Assembly: GCA_024679065.1 (NCBI GenBank)
Contig: JAGIQG010000009.1
Coordinates: 81,158,001 to 81,222,000, forward strand
Direction: 5' to 3'
Origin: Sphyrna mokarran
Lineage: Eukaryota
Length of the DNA stretch: 64,000 nt
Within the stretch, counting starts at the first letter, position 1; the number at the start of each line of letters is the position of its first letter. The notes beneath the pieces are model-generated. The model did not search any database. It was given only the letters and a program-made list of their open reading frames with translations, and was not told the origin of the DNA. Of this stretch, positions 48,001 through 60,857 are shown piece by piece. A program made the position numbers and the translations under genes.

Positions 48001-49155
48001 GAGGTTAAATAATGAATTGAAGACAGAGTGTTATTAGTGGGTCATGTCCAATGTATATTTTGTCCATTACTTCCTCGAAAAGATGGAGTCAAATTTTCTG
48101 AAAAACTAAGTGCCCATTGCGGCAGGAAAACAGGACATTTTCCCACCATTTTCTGGGCACATTTACTCAGTTGAAATTCCAGCACTCGATATTTCACAAA
48201 ATCTGCCAGGGATTTACACCAGTGGATGGAGTTAATCCCAACCGTGAGGCCAGGATCAACACTCCCTCATCCCTGCCTTGCGAAATCATCCCCAATCTAA
48301 TTCCCCACTCCCCCGATCACAGGCCCTGACCCCCCCAACCCAATCTCACTTTCCCAAATCGACTGGCCTCCCAACCTCCCCCCCAATCACCGGCCCCGAC
48401 TCCCCACGCACAACCCCATCCCTCTTTGCACAGTTGCCAGCCCCTGATGCCTTCCACAACTCTCCCTCCAATCAACAATACCAACCCCCACCCCTACTCC
48501 CCTTCCCCAACCGAATGCCTTCCCAATGGCTCCCACCCCCTCATCCCCCCAGTTGTCGGTCCCCTCCCCGATCGCCGGCTTCCCAATGGTTTCCTCAATT
48601 AGAAAGTTCCTGCTGAACTCAGCAACAATTCTGCACCCCACCCCCATCCCCCACCATCCTGAGCTTTCAAACAAACATCAGCGATGGAGTTGTGGAGAGA
48701 CACAGAAAGAAACTTTAGTAAAAGTCAAACCAGCTTTCCTGTCATCGTCATTGCTTGTGCACTTTGACCCGAAGCAAACCATTCGGAATCATTTGTGGCC
48801 TCGCCGTACTTTGTGGGGGATGAACACACAGTCGATGGACAGTTGGGAGTGAGGTTCAGTCAGATATAGAAGGAAAAGTCGGTGAATCCAGCAGGCAGAG
48901 AAGACTTGGGCTTGATAAGGCACATGGGAAGATTGGAAGGCTAAACAGCATCCATTTTAATACAAGGAGCCTGTCTGATCAGGCAGGTGAACTTAGAGAT
49001 TTGGGGAAATATGAGATTGTTGTAATCACTGAGATATGGTTGAAAGAAAGGCAGGACTGGAATCTCGACATTCCAGAGTATAGAAGTTCCAGGCATGATG
49101 GTGGTGGAGATGTTAGAGAGTATGTAAGAGATTAAAGAGACTATCACTGCAATAA

Positions 49156-49790
49156 TAGAACATAGAACATAGAACACTACAGCACAAATAGGCTCTTCAG
49201 CCCGCATATTGTGCTGATCATATCTGTACCTACCAGGCCATAGAACTATGTGTAACTCCAAATCCCATTAACTCCCATGTACTCACCCAGAAGTCTCTTA
49301 AAAGAGCCCAGTGAGTTCGCCCCTACCACCGCTGACGACAGCCGATTCCATTCACTCACCACCCTCTGAGTGCAAAACTTACCTCTAACATCTTCTCTGT
49401 ACTTGCCCCCCAGCACCTTAAACCTGTGTCCTCCCGTAGCGACCATTTCAGCCCTGGGAAATAGCCTCCGAGAATCCACTCTATCTATTCCTCTCAACAT
49501 CTTATAAACCTCTATCAAGTTGCCTCTCAACCTTCATCTCTCCAGGGAGAAGAGACTTAGCTCTCTCAACCTGTCTTCATAAGGCATGCCCCCCAATCCA
49601 GGCAACATCCTTGTAAATCTCCTCTGCACCCTCTCAATAGCTTCCACAATCTTCTTACAGTGAGCCGACCAGAACTGCACACAATATTCCAAACGGGGTC
49701 TGACAAGGGTCTTATAAAGTTGCAGCATTACTTCTCGACTCCTAAACTCAATTCCTCTATTAATGAAGGCCAGTACACCATATGCCTCCT
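49156..49790 (-). mobile_element. CR1 3' fragment, second unit only
   Basis: AYGVLAFINRG...FSLER; gaacatagaac tail; empty site at ~20480. Confidence 0.88.
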
Positions 49791-50323
49791 TGTATAATGA
49801 GGCACGATATGTTGGAACGCTCTTCAAATATGGCCATATGGGTGCAGCTGAGAAATATAAAGAGCAATCATTGTATGGGATTATAGCACAGCCCTCCCAA
49901 CACTCAGCGGGAGATAGAGGAGCAGACAATCCGGAGGATTGGAGGATTGCGGATGTGGTCCCTATTTTCAAGAAAGGGAACAGGGATAGTCCTGGAAATT
50001 ACCGACCGGTGAGTCTGACCTCAGTAGTTGGTAAGCTGATGGAGAGGCTTCTGAGGGACAAGATTTACGAGCATTTGGAGAAGTTTAGGTTGATTAGAAA
50101 TAGTCAGCATGGTTTTGTAAAAGGCAGGTCATGCTTACGAGCTTAATTGAGTTCTTCGAAAATGTGACTGAACACATTGATGAAGGAAGAGCAGTGGACG
50201 TGGTGTACATGGACTTCAGCAAGGCATTTGACAAGGTCCCCCATGCAAGACTTCTTGAGAAGGTGAGAGGCCATGGGATCCAAGGGGCTTTGGCCTTCTG
50301 GATCCAGAACTGGCTTGCCTGCA

Positions 50324-50483
50324 TTCTAATCAGCAATCTCTGACTGTCTGTGTGGATATGAGTGCCTCTGCAGATCAGAACACTGCATTTGCCTGACGAA
50401 GGTGCATAGCATCGAAAGCTCGCGAATTTACTACCAAATAAATTGGTTGGATTTAAAATCGGTGTTGTAAAACCTTACTGAGT
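50324..50483 (+). mobile_element. Short Penelope-like insertion with 9-bp TSD
   Basis: TTGCCTGCA at 50315-50323 and 50484-50492; removing the insert restores CR1 WLACRRQRVVVDG; 3' part resembles the arms at 29656-29903. Confidence 0.8.
50387..50427 (+). ncRNA. Minimal type-I hammerhead ribozyme motif
   Basis: AUUUGC-CUGACGA-A-GGUGC-AUA-GCAUC-GAAA-GCUC-GCGAAU: stem I, conserved core, stem II, palindromic AGCU stem III, and UC cleavage site. Confidence 0.72.
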
Positions 50484-52866
50484 TTGCCTGCAGAAGGCAG
50501 AGGGTGGTTGTAGATGGCTCTTTTTCTGCATGGAGGTCGGTTACCAGTGGAGTGCCCCAGGGATCTGTTCTAGGACCCTTGCTGTTTGTCATTTTCATAA
50601 ATGACCTGGATGAGGAGGTGCAGGGATGGGTGAGTAAGTTTGCTGATGACACGAAGGTCGGTGGTGTAGTGGATGGTCTGGAGGCATGTCAAAAGTTGCA
50701 GCAGGACATCGACAGGATGCAAGACTGGGCGGAGAAGTGGCAGATGGACTTCAACGCAGATAAATGTGTTGTGGTCCACTTTGGCAGATCCAACGGGATG
50801 AATGAGTACACTATCAAAGGTAGGAGTCTTAGCTGTGTGGAAGAGTAGAGGGATCTTGGGGTCCGGGTCCATAAGACTCTCAAATCGGCCTCCCAGGTGG
50901 AGGATGTGGTTAAGAAAGCTTACGGTGTACTGGCCTTCATTCATCGAGGGATTGAGTTCAGGAGTCAGGAGGTAATACTGCAGCTTTATAGGACCCTTGT
51001 CAGACCACACTTGGAGTACTGTGCGCAGTTCTGGTCGCCTCACTATAGGAAGGACGTGGAAGCTATTGAAAGGGTGCAGAGGAGATTTACAAGGATGTTG
51101 CCTGGATTGGGAGGCATGCCTTATGAAGACAGGTTGAGGGAGCTGGGGCTGTTCTCCCTGGAGAGACGAAGGTTGAGAGGCGACCTGATAGAGGTTTACA
51201 AGATGTTGAGAGGAATAGATAGGGTGGACTCTCAGAGACTATTTCCCAGGGCTGAAATGGTCGCGACGAGAGGGCACAGATTTAAGGTGCAGGGAAGCAA
51301 GTACAGAGGGGATGCAAGGGGAAAGTTTTTCACTCAGAGGGTGGTGAGTGAATGGAATCGGCTGCCGTTGGTGGTGGTCGAGGCGAACTCGCTGGGGTCT
51401 TTTAAAAGACTTCTGGATGAGTATATGGGATCCAATGGGATTGGTGGTTATAGATAGGTCTATGGCTGGGTAGGTTTTGATGTGTTCGGCACAACTTGTG
51501 GGCCGAAGGGCCTGTTTGTGCTGTAGTGTTCTATGTTCTATATGTAGGCAAATCACAGAGAGAGGTGTGAGAGGAATAGGGCTATAGTAGTCGGGGATTT
51601 CAACCTCTCCAATATTCATAGAATCACCTCAGTGTGAAAGGGCTGGCACGGTGGCACAGTGGTTAACGCTGCTGCCTCACAACGCCAGGGACCCAGGGTC
51701 AATTCCAGCATCGGGTCACTGTCTGTGTGGAGTTTGCATGTTCTCCCCATGTTTGTGTGAGTTTCCTCAGGGTGCTCTGGTTTCCTCCCACAGTCCAATG
51801 ATGTGCAGGTAGACTGATTGGCCATGCTAAATTGCTCCTTAGTGTCAGAGTGACTAACAAGATAAATACAAAGAACAAAGAATAAAACAGCATGGGAAAC
51901 AGGCCCTTCGATCCAACGAGCCTGCGCCGCCACTTCGATGGTCCCACTTCTCCCCGTGATCCCTGTCATCCCTGTTTCTGTTGGACCAATTCTGTCCCAT
52001 AGAATGGCAGATGGGATGGAGAGGCCAAATTCATTTTCTTCGAGGACTTTGTTAAATGTTAACAAAATGTACTCACAAATTGACATAGAAAGCCCAGCAA
52101 TTATCCACACAATGAAAAATTTCACCAATATGCCTATGGGCAGCATTTCACCATCGTGTCAGACCATAAGCCATTGTTGGGACTTTTCCAGGACATTAAG
52201 CCAGTGCCATCTATTGCCTCTGCCAGGGTGCAGAGATGGGCATTGCTGCTGGCACTAAAGAGCTAAACCTTCCAGCACAGGCCGGGAACACAGATCTCAA
52301 ATGCAGATGCATTGAGCCGCCTGCCGCTACCACAGACTATACCATCACCGCCTGTTCCACGGGAGATAGTATTGACTCTGCATTATTTGGACACCCTGCC
52401 TGTCTCAGCAGCCCACATTCAGATGTGGCCAGATAGGGAGCTGATGTTAGCAAAGAGCAAGAAAATGGTACTGACTGGGCAGCACTTTGACAAGGCAGAG
52501 CAAGTGAAGTTGTATTTACATTGCAGGGACCAGATACCCTGTGAAGAGAGGGTGCTATTGTGGGGGAGGTCTGTGTCAACATACAACCCCCTGGACAGGG
52601 CCACTGCTCCAAGAGTTACATGATACCCATCCTAGCCACAGCAGAATGAAAGTGTTGGCCAGAAGTTATGGTATTAACAGAGACATTGAACAAATGGTTG
52701 GGCAGTGTGAGAGTTGTCCGACTCAGCAAGTGTTACCTCCATCAGTGAACATGCTCCCTTGGTCATGACTTCATGTAGGTTTTGGACAGATGTTCCTGAT
52801 GTTGGTCGATGCCCATTCCGAGTGACTGGATGATCAGCTCACGAGACCCATCACATCCTCCATTTA

Positions 52867-53623
52867 GAACATAGAACATAGAACATTACAGTGCAGAACA
52901 GGCCCTTCGGCCTTCGATGTTGCGCCGACCAATTATGAAAAAAAAAGCAATGACCCTCCAAACTAAACCATTCCCTTCTCTTCCATAAACTTAACAACTA
53001 ACCTCGTAAACACCACCAAACTTGGTGCATCTACAACTGCCGCAGGCAGGGCATTCCACTCCCTAACCACCTTCTGGGTAAAGAACCTACCTCTGATATC
53101 CATCCTATAACTACCACCCCTTAATTTAAAGCTGTGTCCCCTCGTGCTAGCTTTCTCCATCCTAGGAAAAAGGCTATCACTGTCCACCCTATCTAAACAT
53201 CTAATCATCTTATATGTTTCAATAAGATCCCCTCTTTGCCGCCTCCTTTCCAACGAAAACAACCTCAAATCCCTCAGCCTCTCCTCATAACACATGCCCT
53301 CCATACCAGGCAACATCCTGGCAAACCTCCTCTGCACCCTCTCCAATACCTCCACATCTTTCTTAAAATGTGGGGACCAGAACTGCACACAATACTCCAA
53401 GTGCGGCCGCACTACAGTTTTATACAGTTGCAACATGACGTTGCGGCTCCGAAATTCAATCCCCCTACCAATAAAAGCTAAGACTCCGTATGCCTTCTTA
53501 ACAACCTTATCTACTTGACTGCCTACTTTCAGGGATCTATGCACATATACACCAAGATCCCTCTGTTCCTCAACACTATTAAGAATCCTACCACTAGACT
53601 TATACTCTACACATTTATTATTT
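52867..53623 (-). mobile_element. Young CR1 3' fragment inserted in Gypsy integrase remnant, second unit only
   Basis: ORF 52963-53544; ATTTA on both sides; empty site at ~22865. Confidence 0.9.
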
Positions 53624-56600
53624 ATTTACCATCGATAAACTGAGGCAGATCTTTGTGATCCATGGTTTTCCTGAAATGTTGCTATCAGACAACAGAGCAG
53701 CATTCAATCTGATGAATCTCAGACTTTGATCAAGTCTAATGATATTTGTCATGTCAGGCCAGCCCCCGACCATTCTGCCTCGAATAGGTTGGTGGAGCGA
53801 GCCATGCTGATGTTCAAGGCTCCATGTGAAGCAGGTTCATGGGCCGCTGCCACTGTGAGCGGCCAGTTATTTGCTGTCCTATAACACTGCACCTCACACC
53901 ATCACTGGGGTCATGCCGGGGTCACACCCGCAGAGTTGTTAATGGGTCGGCACCTGTGTACCTGTTTAGATTTATTGTTCCCAAATTTGTTGGTGGGGGG
54001 TGGGGTGTGACTCTCAGAAAGGGGACAGATTGTTTCATGATGGCAACCTCATGTTGAGAGGGAATTTGGATGGTGGACCCAGTTGTGGAGAAGACAGGAC
54101 CAGTCTCATATTTGGGGGAGACACAGGGTTGTGGAGTTAAGGAACATGTTGATTACCTACGCAAGAGACCAGAGCAAGCTCCAGGAGATGAGCAATTGGG
54201 ATCCGTAACCAGTTTGTGTGTACCAGCTTCTGAACAAGACAATTCCATGTCCATCGTGTGGCCAAGGCAGCGTCTGGCTTGGGTGGGTGAGGCAGAGAAA
54301 AGGGGCCTAGCTCCAGAGATGGTTAGCACATCCACCCCATCAGTGGATCCTGTATCGATGGCTGCTGAAGTGCCCCTGATAGAGTTGCAGCGTTCCGCAA
54401 GATTCCAGAAATCTCTGGACCAGCTGACATTATGAACTGTCTTTCCCTGGTGTCCCTCCTGTAATATTGTTGTTTCTCTGCCTGTGTGTTAACTGTTGTA
54501 CTTTTTGTTTGATCACAGGGAGTCCAAGATGTTCCAGGGGAAGGAGTGTGTGAGCCTGGCCCCTTTAAGGGGCAATCCTTCACAGACCACATGACCAGAC
54601 CGGAGCCAATGGACTGTGAGGATGTGAACCTGGGCCAATCGGGAGTGAGGGTGATCATTCCTGGGACTGGAGGCTTCAGTTGGAGTCAGGATGTTGTTGG
54701 TAATAGATCTGTCTGCTTGTGTTGTTAAACCCTTCATTGGAAATACTTCTTCTCATCAATAAAGCCTTTAGTGAGTTATTTCCAAATCCACTCTCCTCCA
54801 CTTATTACAATCAGCATCTCTACCACTTTGGATAGCAACAGTCTCTCATAACATCAAATACACACACTAACTATTCAACTCGAACAGTTTCACCAGCTGC
54901 TGTCACCCTCCCTACTTCCCTCCATTTATTCTGCATTCTCACCATCTCCCCTCCATTTCTCACTGAATCCTCCACTTTCCTGCTCTTTCCTCTGTCCAGG
55001 TTCACCTGCCCCGTTCCCCTTGGGATTGTTCGATTGCTTTGTTCCAGAAACTTTCTGGTTGTGATCAGGGTTCTCTCCACTGCAACCCGAGACATTCGGT
55101 CTGGGCTCGTGTCGATGTTTAACATTCTGTCCCACCTTGGATTGAACACATAACCAGTGAGGGTCCGACCCACACGATGAGAGTTTGTCACCGTAAAGGA
55201 GTCAGGGATCCTGAATGCTGCCATATAACCTGTGTGTGATAATTATTCACTGGTTTGAGCTCAGAGTTACATAATATTGGATGTTGTTTTGGAACAAAGG
55301 GAAATCTCAATGTTCAGGAAACACAAGTGATTGAGAAGAAAGGGGTAGCTTCATGTAATAGTGTGTGTGTCCAGCCCTCAGTTCATGTATATAGTTAAAT
55401 GCATTGTTGTGTATTATAGAGTTTGTGTGTTTTGTTTTCTTTCTACATGTTGTGGATAGTCTGGAGGGATGTCTGAAGTTGCAGTGAGACATAGATAGGA
55501 TGCAAGACTGGGCAGAGAAGTGGCAGATTTTTTCAACGCGGATAAATGTGTGGTGGTCCATTTTGGCAGGACCAATGGAATGAAGGAGTATAATATCAAG
55601 GGTAGGAGTCTTGGCAGTGTTGAAGAGCAGAAGTATCTTGGGGTCCGGGTCCATAGGTCTGTTAAATCTGCCCCGCAAGTGGAGGATGTGGTCAAGAAGG
55701 CACATGGTGTACTGGCCTTCATTAATAGAGGAATTGAATTTAGGAGTCAGGAGGAAATGCTGCAACTTTATAAGACCCTTGTTAGACCCCACTTGGAGTA
55801 TTGTGTGCAGTTCTGGTCACCTCACTACAGGAAGGATGTGGAAGTTATTGAGAGGGTGCAGAGGATATTTACAAGGATGTTGCCTGGATTGGGGGGCATG
55901 CCTTATGAAGATAGGTTGAGAGGAGACCTGATAGAGGTTTATAAGATGTTGAAAGGAATAGATAGAGTGGATTCTTGGATGCTATTTCCCAGGGCTGAAA
56001 TGGTCGCTACGAGAGGACACAGGTTTAATGTGCTGGGGGGCAAGTATAGAGGAGATGTTAGAGGTAAGTTTTTCACTCAGAGGTTGATGAGTGAATGGAA
56101 TCGGTTCCTGTCAATGGTGGTAGAGGCGAACTCGCTGGGGTCTTTTAAGAGACTTCTGGATGAGTACATGGGATTTAATGTGATTGGGAGTTCCAGATAG
56201 TTCTATGGCCTGGGAAGTATCGATATGATCAGCACAACTTATGGGCCGAAGGGCCTGTTTGTGCTGTAGTGTTCTATGATCTAGGAATGAATATTCTGTA
56301 TTAATTATTCACACAAAGACTGGACTATTTCTCCCTGGTTCGCACACTTTTCTCACAGGATACTAAAGTGAAAATCTACACCACTAAGAACCAGTGTTCC
56401 ATGTTCCCATTCTGAGCTTTGAGATCCTTTCACATTTAACATCAGTGTGGGTCTTAACACCTCAAACAACATTCTATTCTCTCAAAAGTAACTCTGGAGA
56501 TTGTTGCTGGTGATTTTAAAATGATTCCAGATCCGTATAATTTTATTGTTGAGCCACCTTCTTTAACCTGCTACAAATTGCATCCATTAAACTTTTGGGT

Positions 56601-58924
56601 TTATATTTTGTGAAGAGACAAACACATTTTAAACTCTTCTTTCAGCACAGAAGCTTTCAGCATTTGGATTTGTGTCAATTGTTGTCAAAGCTTTAAAAAG
56701 AAACATTTCCTGTTGAGAACATTATCAGGACCCAAACCTGAACCTTTAACTTTGTAAGAATTATAATTTTCACGATCAAAATTGAAGCTCCCTCTTCCTG
56801 ATGTGTGTAGCTTTGTATCCAGATCAAAAGTCCCACATGTTTATTAACACATATTCTTTATCTTAGATAACATCTTTGTATCTCAAAGGTCACTTGCTGA
56901 AAGGTCAGATTCTTATTGATCTGTGTGTCCATATCAGATCTCCTATCCCCAAGTAGAAAATAACAGTGCTCCTGAAGGGGTTAAATCATTTTCCACAGAA
57001 TCCCTATCGTGCAGAAGGAGTCCATTTGGCCCATCGAATCTATACCATCAACAATCCCGTCCCATGTCCTATCCCTACAACCCCACACATTTACCTCACT
57101 AATCTCTCGAACCTCCACATCCTGGGACACTAAGGGGCAATTTAGCATGGCCAATAAACCTAACCCACATATCTTTGACTGGGGAAGGAATCCGGAGCAC
57201 CCAAAGTAAATCTATGCAGACACGGGGAGAATGTGCAAATCCCACAGTGATCCAAACAGGGAATCAAGCCCAGCTCCTTGGAGCTGTTATACAGCAGTGT
57301 TAACCACTGTGCCACTTGGTTCTAAACCATGACCATGGTGTGGGAGTAAAAATCTTCTTAATGTTGCTGGCAATGTTGTTCCATTTGTGATTCTCTGAAA
57401 ATAAAAACACAAGGTGCATTCTGCTCGAGGGGGGGAATGGATTCAGCAATCTGAAAGTTTAAGCTGTCGTTACAAAGAGTTCACTCTAGGCCCGATCTTA
57501 CCAATTGGAGCGAAAGGGCCGGATCCAGGAATAATACCGATCCGAGCCCGGAATTGTCACTGCAGCGAGCCCATATGCTTCTTATATATATTTTGAAATA
57601 ATGTAGCATTTTCTTTGTGCTGCCTAATTATCTGTGGGAAAGATAATTAAACTACAGTGTGCCAGTGAGCAATTAGTGAGCTGTTTGCCCCTGTAACCAT
57701 GAGCCAGGTGCTCAAATGTTCAGTCATGTGGTGAACTTGGAAGAATTGTCCCCATGGTGGAACTTGGTTGGAAATAAGATTCAAGGAGATTATTAAATCT
57801 GGGAAATGAACCATAGTGAAAAGAAGTTTGTATTGGCAACTCTTCTCTCACATTCCATGGCAGATGTGTCCCTCCTTATGAATGTGATTTGCACGGACAA
57901 CGTTGGGTGCAGCTAATCTGCCTCTGGAGCAGCCTTGGATCCTTTCGTTCTTCTTTTCATCTGAACATTGCACAGAATTAGAAGAATTCCCTTTGGGAAA
58001 TAATGTCAAAATTATAATGGCAAGAACTAAAAACCCAACAGTCAAAAATTTGGGAAAATATTTCAAAATATGGATGGGGGATATATATTTTGAAATATTT
58101 TCCCAAAGACTGTCAGATTGGAAGATTGAAACGTAACCAACAGAGGAAGTGAAAGAAGCAGCCGAATATTTGTTACTGAGACGGGAACAATTATCTGAAC
58201 AACATTAAACTTTCAGACTCAAAACAAATAAAAACACTAGCAGTGGAGGGGGTGGGAGGAATCTTGGAGACTGACACCGACAGGAACAATCTAAACAGCT
58301 GAAACTCCCATTTCCTCAGTCCCTGCCCGTCACTGCTCAGGAACTCCCCGAGGGGAACCCTCTCGCTCTGACACTCTCTCTCTCTTGCTGCTTCTGTCTT
58401 TCTCTCCTCTCTCTCTCTCTCTCTCCTGGATGAAAGCTTTAACAACTTGCAGCAAATTAATTCATTTCCATCTTTCTAATTATTTGAAAAATTCACTGAG
58501 TGACATTTTGAGTCCCCAATCTAAATTTTTCCCTCTCACTCACTGCACCTGACACCAGGAAATGGTCAATACTGTTTTACTGTACCAGTTCGAGCAGCTG
58601 GATGTTTGTTACTGAGACGGGAGAAAATGGTGAACCGTGTTCACTACCTCCAATCTCCCAGCACAGAAGGCACAGTGGGATACAGTCAGGAGGGAGTTAT
58701 CCTGGGAATCCTCAACAACATTCCAGACTCCATGTAGTCTCTCGTTACCATGTCAAACACAGACAAGGAAACCTCCTCTGGTTACCACATACCGTCCCCA
58801 CCTCTGCTGATGAATCAGTTCTCCTCCATGTTGAACACCATTTGGAGGAAGCACTGAGGGTGGGAAGGACACAGAATGTACTCTGGGTGGGGTATTCAAT
58901 ATCCATCATCAAGAGTTACTCCTT

Positions 58925-59385
58925 GTGGTTCACCAGGATGTTTCCTGGTATGGAGCGTCTTAGCTGTGAGGAGAGATTGGGTAAATTGGGGTTGTTCTCC
59001 CTGGAAAGATGGAGAATGAGGGGAGATCCAATCGAGGTGTACAATATTATGAAGGATATAGATAAGGTGAACAGCGGAAAGCTTTTTCCAAGGCCGGAGG
59101 TGACGATCGCGATGGGTCACAGGCTGAAGGTGAGAGGAACGGGGAATAACTCAGATATCAGAGGGACGTTTTTTACACAGGCGGAGGTGGGGGCCTGGAA
59201 TGCACTAACAAATAGGGCGGTGGAAGCGGACATGCTGGGATTGTTTAAGACTTACCTGGATCGTCACATGAGCAGACTGGGAATGGAGGGATACAAACAA
59301 ATGGTCTAGTTGGACCAATGAGAGCACAGGCCTGGAGGCCAAAGGGCCTGTTTCCGATGCAGTGTTGTTTTTTTGTTCTTTGTAT
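58925..59385 (+). mobile_element. CR1 3' fragment, second unit only
   Basis: FTRMFPG..ERL..LGLFSLER..RGD; absent at ~29375. Confidence 0.82.
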
Positions 59386-59609
59386 TTGAAACTATGGGAG
59401 TAGTGAGACCGTGTGAGAGGGGAAGGTCAAGCGGGAGGTGGTGAATGTGGGGTGGAGAATTGTAATTGTGATGGTTTAATCCCAGCAACTTTCAGTTTCT
59501 TTTCTGTTTTCAATCTTGTCACTCAAGAAATTCCAGATCAAACTGATCATTTTCAAATGGTTGATCATTGGATTTGAATCCAATCTTCTGCTGATGTGTC
59601 ATTGATGAT

Positions 59610-59915
59610 GATGTGGAGATGTCGGCGTTGGACTGGGGTAAACACAGTAAGAAATCTCACACCACCAGGTTAAAGTCCAACAGGTTTATTTAGTAGCACA
59701 AACCACTCGCTTTCGGAGCACTGACGCTTCATCAGGTGAGTGGGAATTCTGCTCACAAAGAGGGCATTTAAACACAAAATTGTAAATTATGTTCATATCT
59801 TTATATGCCCTGTTTGTGAATAGAATTCCCTCTCACCTGATGAAGGGTCAGTGCTCCGAAAGCGAGTGGTTTGTGCTACTAAATAAACCTGTTGGACTTT
59901 AACCTGGTGTCATAC
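59610..59915. mobile_element. Second copy of the palindromic Penelope-like element
   Basis: Arms span 59663-59909, with 4 mismatches between arms. Confidence 0.7.
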
Positions 59916-60528
59916 TGCTTCGTGTGTCATTGATTGACAGTCCAAGCAACCAATCAGGACAATCACTTGGTGAAAGGCAGCCAATCAGCTGATGGGGAGG
60001 TGGGACATTTCCAAAGCACTCACCAGACATATACTGAATATTCTTAATGTTTATTACCTTTTACACATTGACAGTGACAGAAAAAAGACTTGAATAAACA
60101 GCCCAGCCAGAGGAAGCTGGAGAAATTCACAGGGAGAATGGAGGTTTATTAAAACACTTGTGGAGATTTTCTCAATAACATGAGAATCCTGTCCCTTTAA
60201 ACAGTGACTGAAGCTTCAATTGTAACTGCAGGGTGAGCAGGAAGGAGGTCTGGTTTACTGAAGCAGATACTTAAGAGGGTCACATTATTTCTGTACAGCT
60301 GACAGTCTCCAGCACTCCCAATAAAGGAACAGCACGGGGTTAATAGAGAGTAAAGCTCCCTCTACAATATCCCAACAATGTTCTTTAATCCCTGACCCTC
60401 AGAAGTGTCTCAGACCCAGTCCCAGGAAGGAAGAGAATTGTAATTCAATGCTGACAGTGACCTTTACCCTCCCAGCTCACCCCTGTTCTATCCAAGTTGT
60501 GTCTCCTCTGTGGACTGTCTCTAACACT

Positions 60529-60857
60529 CTAGGCACATTCTGAACTCCTGACACTCTTGCTGAGGGGAGAGGAGAGGCTCACGTGGGTGAGGGCACAGGA
60601 GAAGCGAGCGTTGGACTCCCAGTCGGAGCCAGAGAGGGTCAGCAGGCTGCTGACGCTGTAGGTGTTGTCCGAAGCTCGCAGGTAGTTGCTGGTCTGAATC
60701 CCGTTGGAAATGGCTGCACCGTCCTTCTTCCACTTCACCTCCACCTCATCGGGATAGAAGTGATCGGCAAGGCACACCAGGGTGGCAGTGCCCTTGGTCT
60801 TGACCTCCTCCGGGGAGGGGGGCAGCAGGGTCAGCGTGGGTTGTGAATTCTCACGGG
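60529..60857 (-). CDS. IGKC: Ig light chain constant exon, cluster 3 (V and J outside window)
   Basis: 329-nt exon with tttcag acceptor; the ORF-track portion is identical in protein to cluster 1 C. Confidence 0.96.

Larger units (their letters stand above)
49926..51540 (+). mobile_element. 5'-truncated CR1 LINE, second unit only, carrying a nested 160-bp insertion
   Basis: PEDWRIA, NYRPVSL, DFSKAFD, GVPQGSVLGP and FADD motifs; empty site at ~20610. Confidence 0.92.
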
